From contig JAPLMA010000060.1 in assembly GCA_026387255.1 (NCBI GenBank), positions 465 through 64,464 of the forward strand: a DNA stretch of 64,000 nucleotides, read 5' to 3'. The notes under the pieces are model-generated. The model was not told where the DNA came from, did no database searches, and saw only the letters and a program-made list of their open reading frames with translations. The position numbers were made by a program, and so were the translations under genes. This DNA comes from Candidatus Omnitrophota bacterium (GTDB taxonomy: Bacteria > Omnitrophota > Gorgyraeia > Gygaellales > Profunditerraquicolaceae). The stretch's first letter is position 1, and every line of letters starts with the position of its first letter. Of the stretch, positions 60,399 to 64,000 are shown piece by piece.

Positions 60399-60891
60399 AA
60401 AGAATCTGGAGGAAAAAACCTTGGATGTCGATGCTGCAATGCAGGGGAGTTTAACCTTTAAGGATCCGGTTAATTTGCGGATTAATGGAAAATTTGAAGG
60501 CAATCTGGATACCCGGGGTAATTTAACTATCGGCACAACGGCCGTAATCAACGCAGATATTATCGGAGATAATATTATTATTGGCGGCCGGGTCAAGGGC
60601 AAGATTACTGCTAAAGAGAGACTGACGCTTCTTCCGCAAGCGATAGTCCAGGGAAATATTTATCCGGCAAAACTTAATATTGCTGAAGGCGCAGTTTTTG
60701 AAGGACAGTGCACAATGTTACATGACTTTCTTAATTCTGAACAGCTGGCCAAATACCTGGAGGTGGAATTAAGCTCGATCATGGAATGGGCTAATTCGGG
60801 AAAAGTACCGGCAAGCAAAGAAAATGACGCTTGGAAATTTGAACGTAAAGCAATAGATTCCTGGGTAGCTGCAGGTAAAATCGCAAAATAA
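60388..60891 (+). CDS. Bactofilin-domain protein with C-terminal excisionase-type HTH
   Basis: Beta-helical bactofilin repeats (NGKFEGNL..GNLTIG..INADIIGDNIIIGGRVKGKI) followed by ...EQLAKYLEVELSSIMEWANSGKVPASK..WKFERKAIDSW, an HTH_17-like domain. Confidence 0.55.
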   Translation: MAFKKNLEEKTLDVDAAMQGSLTFKDPVNLRINGKFEGNLDTRGNLTIGTTAVINADIIGDNIIIGGRVKGKITAKERLTLLPQAIVQGNIYPAKLNIAEGAVFEGQCTMLHDFLNSEQLAKYLEVELSSIMEWANSGKVPASKENDAWKFERKAIDSWVAAGKIAK

Positions 60892-60894
60892 AAA

Positions 60895-61206
60895 ATGACT
60901 GAAGAAAAAATGCTCACGGTTAGAGATGTGTCAATTATATTGGGGGTTTCGGAAAAAGATGTTTTAGATCTAACTGAAAACGGAACGATTCCGGGTTATA
61001 AGGTTGGTGGCGTATATTTAAGATTTAAGAAAGAACAGGTTGAGCAATACAAAAATAAACAAGGGCTCCTGGAGCCTAAAGCACCTAAGAAAGAAGCTGA
61101 GAGTTTAGCAAGCAGGATTGGCGATTTCTTTTATTTCAATGATTTTTATATTTTTGCCCTAATCTTTGTAGTCCTTTTGGGATACCTGGTTTACCGAGGC
61201 CTATAA
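60895..61206 (+). CDS. Excisionase-family HTH protein with C-terminal TM helix
   Basis: LTVRDVSIILGVSEKDVLDLTENGTIPGYKVGGVYLRFKKEQV followed by a hydrophobic tail FYFNDFYIFALIFVVLLGYLVY. Confidence 0.45.
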   Translation: MTEEKMLTVRDVSIILGVSEKDVLDLTENGTIPGYKVGGVYLRFKKEQVEQYKNKQGLLEPKAPKKEAESLASRIGDFFYFNDFYIFALIFVVLLGYLVYRGL

Positions 61207-61210
61207 AGCA

Positions 61211-61888
61211 ATGACTACAGGCAAGGGGTTTTGTGATTTAGGGTTTGCCAAAATTGATACGCAGAGAAAAAAACGTAAAGGATTTGCGGAAGTTATTTAT
61301 TGCCCGGGGAAAAACCGCCTGCACTTAGAGAAAATTGCTAAGAAAATAATTGATTCACACGAAGACCTGCTTTTAACCAAACTTGATAAAACTACATTTT
61401 CTTTTTTAAAAAAAACAATCCCGGTTTTAAAATATAATCCCCTGGCAAAAATCGGTTATTATTTAAGTAAACCTAAAACCTTATCACCGGGTGTAGTTTT
61501 AGTGGTTTCTGCCGGAACAGCGGATATCCCGGTGGCTGAGGAAGCAATACAAACCCTGTTGGTTATGGGTAATCGGGTCGAAAAACTCTATGATGTCGGT
61601 GTAGCCGGAGTGCACCGTTTAATGAGTAATATTAATAAATTAAGGAAGGCTCAGGTAATTGTGGTGGTGGCGGGCATGGAAGGGGCTTTAGCCAGTTTAA
61701 TTAGCGGTTTGGTCAAGGTGCCAATTGTAGCTGTACCGACCAGCTGTGGATATGGATCTAGCTTTTCTGGACTGGCTGCACTACTGACTATGTTAAATGG
61801 TTGTTCGCCGGGAGTAAGCGTAGTGAATATTGATAATGGATTCGGAGCGGGCTATTTTGCCAGTTTAATTAACAACACCCGCCGCTAA
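61211..61888 (+). CDS. larB: LarB-like PurE-family protein (nickel-pincer cofactor P2CMN synthase family)
   Basis: LarB N-terminal segment plus a PurE-like Rossmann domain (VVSAGTADIPVAEEA...VVVAGMEGALA). Confidence 0.6.
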   Translation: MTTGKGFCDLGFAKIDTQRKKRKGFAEVIYCPGKNRLHLEKIAKKIIDSHEDLLLTKLDKTTFSFLKKTIPVLKYNPLAKIGYYLSKPKTLSPGVVLVVSAGTADIPVAEEAIQTLLVMGNRVEKLYDVGVAGVHRLMSNINKLRKAQVIVVVAGMEGALASLISGLVKVPIVAVPTSCGYGSSFSGLAALLTMLNGCSPGVSVVNIDNGFGAGYFASLINNTRR

Positions 61889-61929
61889 TTTGTATCGCGG
61901 TGTCGTCCAGGTTGGATGAGGAGATAATC

Positions 61930-63261
61930 ATGGCGTTATCAGGTTTGGATATTTATAAGTTATTGCCTAAAACAAATTGTCGCCAATGTGGTTTAGCCAC
62001 TTGTCTGGCTTTTGCCATGCAGCTGGCTAAGAAAGCATTGCCGATTGAAAAATGCCCTTTTGTTTCGCTTGAGGCAAGAAATACCTTAGTAGCGCAGGCT
62101 TTACCACCCATTAAATTAATTACTCTCGGAAATAACGAATCGAAATTTGATATTGGTAATGAAACGGTAATGTTTAGGCATGAAGAAAAATTTCGTAATC
62201 CGGCCGGGATTGGTTTTATTATTGATGATACTTTAACTGATCGCGAAATTAAAGAGCGGCTTAAAAAGATTAACCAATTAAAATTCGAGCGTGTCGGCCA
62301 GGAGCTTGGCGTTAACCTGGTTGCCATAAAGCAAAATAAAGATGGGGCGCGCTATCTAGAGGCAACTAAGTTGCTTCTAGATAATACTATTTTGCCGATG
62401 ATGTTAATCAGTAGTGACTTGGTTGCTTTAAAACAAGCGGCAGTGATCAGCCAGGAGCGTAAACCACTGCTTTATTCTGCGGGAGCGGAAAATTTCGCGC
62501 AAATTGGTGCAATCGCTAAAGAATTACAGTTACCACTAGTGGTAACTGCGCAGGATATTGGCCAACTTAGCCAGTTAACTTGTGAACTTAACGGCTTAGG
62601 AGTAAATGAGCTAATTTTAGATACCGGGATAAAACCGATCGCGGATAAAATCTGGGATTTAACGCAGCTCCGTCGGCAGGCACTTAAAAAATCAAATCGC
62701 GCGTTGGGTTATCCCAGCCTGGCAATTGTCCAGAAAACTGACCCCTATGAAGAAGCAATGGAGGCCTGCGCTTACATTGCTAAATATGCCGGGATTGTCC
62801 TGATTAAAGGTTTAGCGACCTGGGAGGTTCTTTCAATTTTGACCTTGCGACAGAATATTTATACTGATCCGCAAAAACCTTTACAAATCGATCCTAAGCT
62901 TTATCCTATTGGGCAAGTGAACCAGAACTCTCCGGTTTTGATTACGACTAACTTTTCCTTAAGTTATTATACTGTTTTAGGAGAAGTAGAGAGCAGTAAA
63001 ATACCGGCATATATTTTAAGCGTAGATACTCAAGGCATGTCTGTATTGACTGCCTGGGCGGCTGAAAAATTTAATGCTTCGGCAATTACAAAATCATTAG
63101 AGAGCTCTGGGGTAAAAGAGGTAATTGAGCACAAAAATTTGATTATTCCCGGTTATGTTGCCATGATCAGCGGCGACCTGGAAGATCAATCAGGTTTTAA
63201 AATAATTGTGGGCCCTAAAGAAGCAGCCGGGATTCCCAGTTTTTTGAAAAATTTACAGTAA
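61930..63261 (+). CDS. Corrinoid iron-sulfur protein large subunit (AcsC/CdhE-like)
   Basis: N-terminal 4Fe-4S motif C-x2-C-x4-C-x16-C (CRQCGLATC...CP) followed by TIM-barrel and B12-binding-like regions. ATG at 61930 with GGAG upstream. Confidence 0.65.
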   Translation: MALSGLDIYKLLPKTNCRQCGLATCLAFAMQLAKKALPIEKCPFVSLEARNTLVAQALPPIKLITLGNNESKFDIGNETVMFRHEEKFRNPAGIGFIIDDTLTDREIKERLKKINQLKFERVGQELGVNLVAIKQNKDGARYLEATKLLLDNTILPMMLISSDLVALKQAAVISQERKPLLYSAGAENFAQIGAIAKELQLPLVVTAQDIGQLSQLTCELNGLGVNELILDTGIKPIADKIWDLTQLRRQALKKSNRALGYPSLAIVQKTDPYEEAMEACAYIAKYAGIVLIKGLATWEVLSILTLRQNIYTDPQKPLQIDPKLYPIGQVNQNSPVLITTNFSLSYYTVLGEVESSKIPAYILSVDTQGMSVLTAWAAEKFNASAITKSLESSGVKEVIEHKNLIIPGYVAMISGDLEDQSGFKIIVGPKEAAGIPSFLKNLQ

Positions 63262-63383
63262 CTCTAATTTTGCGGGTCCTGTCTTGGGTATTTTCTAGCG
63301 CTGACGCGCTTTAAAAAACACCCAAGCCACCCGCAAAATCACTTGTTGTCTTTATAAAAAACTGGTAAAAGTTAAGAATAAAA

Positions 63384-64000
63384 ATGCAAAAATTCAAAGT
63401 TAAATTTCTTCCTGATAATTTATCTATTACTGTTGAAAAAGATAAGACCATCCTTGCTGCAGCGATATCGGCGGGTGTCTATATTAATTCTAACTGCGCT
63501 GGAGATGGAATTTGCGGGAGATGTAAGGTAGTTGTTAAGCAGGGACAAGTCAAAAGCCAACCCAACGGACTAATCACCGCGCAAGAGAAAAAAAATAATG
63601 TCTACTTGGCTTGCCTGACAACCATCCACAGTGATTTAGAGGTTTCGATTCCGGATAGTTCGCGGATTAATTTTGATAAGCTTACTCCGGAGGAGCTAGA
63701 TGAGCGGCTCAGCGGCCTATATTCAAAAGCTGAAGATGTACTATCTGTACAGGCCAAATTCCAGGATAAAATATTTAAGCACTCACCATTTGCCACAAAA
63801 TTATATCTAGAGCTTCCCCAGCCTTCGCTTAATGACTGTATCAGCGATTTGGAAAGATTATATCGGGCCTTGCGCAGCTTAGGAGAATTCCCCGCGGTGA
63901 CTACCGGTTTATTCAATATTCGCCAGCTGGGTGAATTATTACGCGATTTTGCCTGGAAAGTTACCGTTACCTTGGGCAGGCGTAATGATACAGTGGAGAT
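63384..64000 (+). CDS. RACo-like protein, N-terminal plant-type 2Fe-2S ferredoxin domain (3' end outside the window)
   Basis: C-x4-C-x2-C...C ferredoxin pattern (CAGDGICGRCKV...ACL). The frame stays open to the end of the window and the gene sits next to the corrinoid Fe-S protein. Confidence 0.5.
   Translation, partial: MQKFKVKFLPDNLSITVEKDKTILAAAISAGVYINSNCAGDGICGRCKVVVKQGQVKSQPNGLITAQEKKNNVYLACLTTIHSDLEVSIPDSSRINFDKLTPEELDERLSGLYSKAEDVLSVQAKFQDKIFKHSPFATKLYLELPQPSLNDCISDLERLYRALRSLGEFPAVTTGLFNIRQLGELLRDFAWKVTVTLGRRNDTVE

Noticed and set aside
14831-63286. Shared 12-mer gcgggtcctgtc between the GC island (14831-14843) and the acsC-downstream hairpin (63274-63286)
   Set aside because: A 12-nt coincidence is expected by chance many times in 64 kb.
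1-64000. CRISPR arrays, integrase/transposase genes, rRNA genes
   Set aside because: No regularly spaced direct repeats, no recombinase-like ORF and no rRNA signatures were seen anywhere in the window.

Overview
This 64-kb window is AT-rich, with densely packed and mostly co-directional genes, and reads as the chromosome of a diderm bacterium (LptD/OstA, a large terminal-Phe outer-membrane protein, bactofilin). Most of it is core housekeeping. There is a MiaB-like/miaA/hflX block, then a heat-shock locus (HspR-like, CIRCE, hrcA, grpE, dnaK, dnaJ). Further on come accD, a ROK kinase, an Fsa/Tal aldolase, LptD, and a nucleotide-sugar cluster (ugd, a second dehydrogenase, an epimerase, UDP-xylose synthase). 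The dnaG/rpoD pair is preceded by a Nif3-like gene, followed by a large PAS-GGDEF-HD-GYP protein. After that sit a carbamoyltransferase/SxtJ/DUF5989 operon, tRNA-Met and tRNA-Val, RNase HI immediately followed by RNase P RNA, YebC/ruvC/ruvA/scpB, and an aromatic amino-acid operon (pheA, hisC, DAHP synthase, tyrA). The rest is cmk, lepA, lepB, pgsA, plsY, gatCAB, ctpA, tsaD, MgtC, LarB and a corrinoid Fe-S protein (AcsC/CdhE) with a RACo-like ferredoxin. Several things are not explained by ordinary annotation. A GC-rich, hairpin-dense, non-coding block of about 420 nt lies downstream of the GGDEF remnants described next, and I could not assign it to any RNA family. Immediately upstream, two tandem GAF-GGDEF genes are each broken by a different small indel, one of them a 53-bp tandem duplication. 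Both tRNAs are each followed about 100-130 nt downstream by a perfect copy of their own 3' portion, which looks like the att-scar of an integrative element with no integrase present. A family of 24-28 nt perfect palindromes (core caggcatgcctg) occurs once intergenically and twice in-frame inside gatA. A bactofilin is fused to an excisionase-type HTH and is followed by a second HTH-plus-TM protein. Paralogous promoter blocks of about 70 nt bracket the carbamoyltransferase operon. No CRISPR array, integrase, transposase or rRNA was seen. Everything is read by eye from the sequence and the ORF track, with no searches run.
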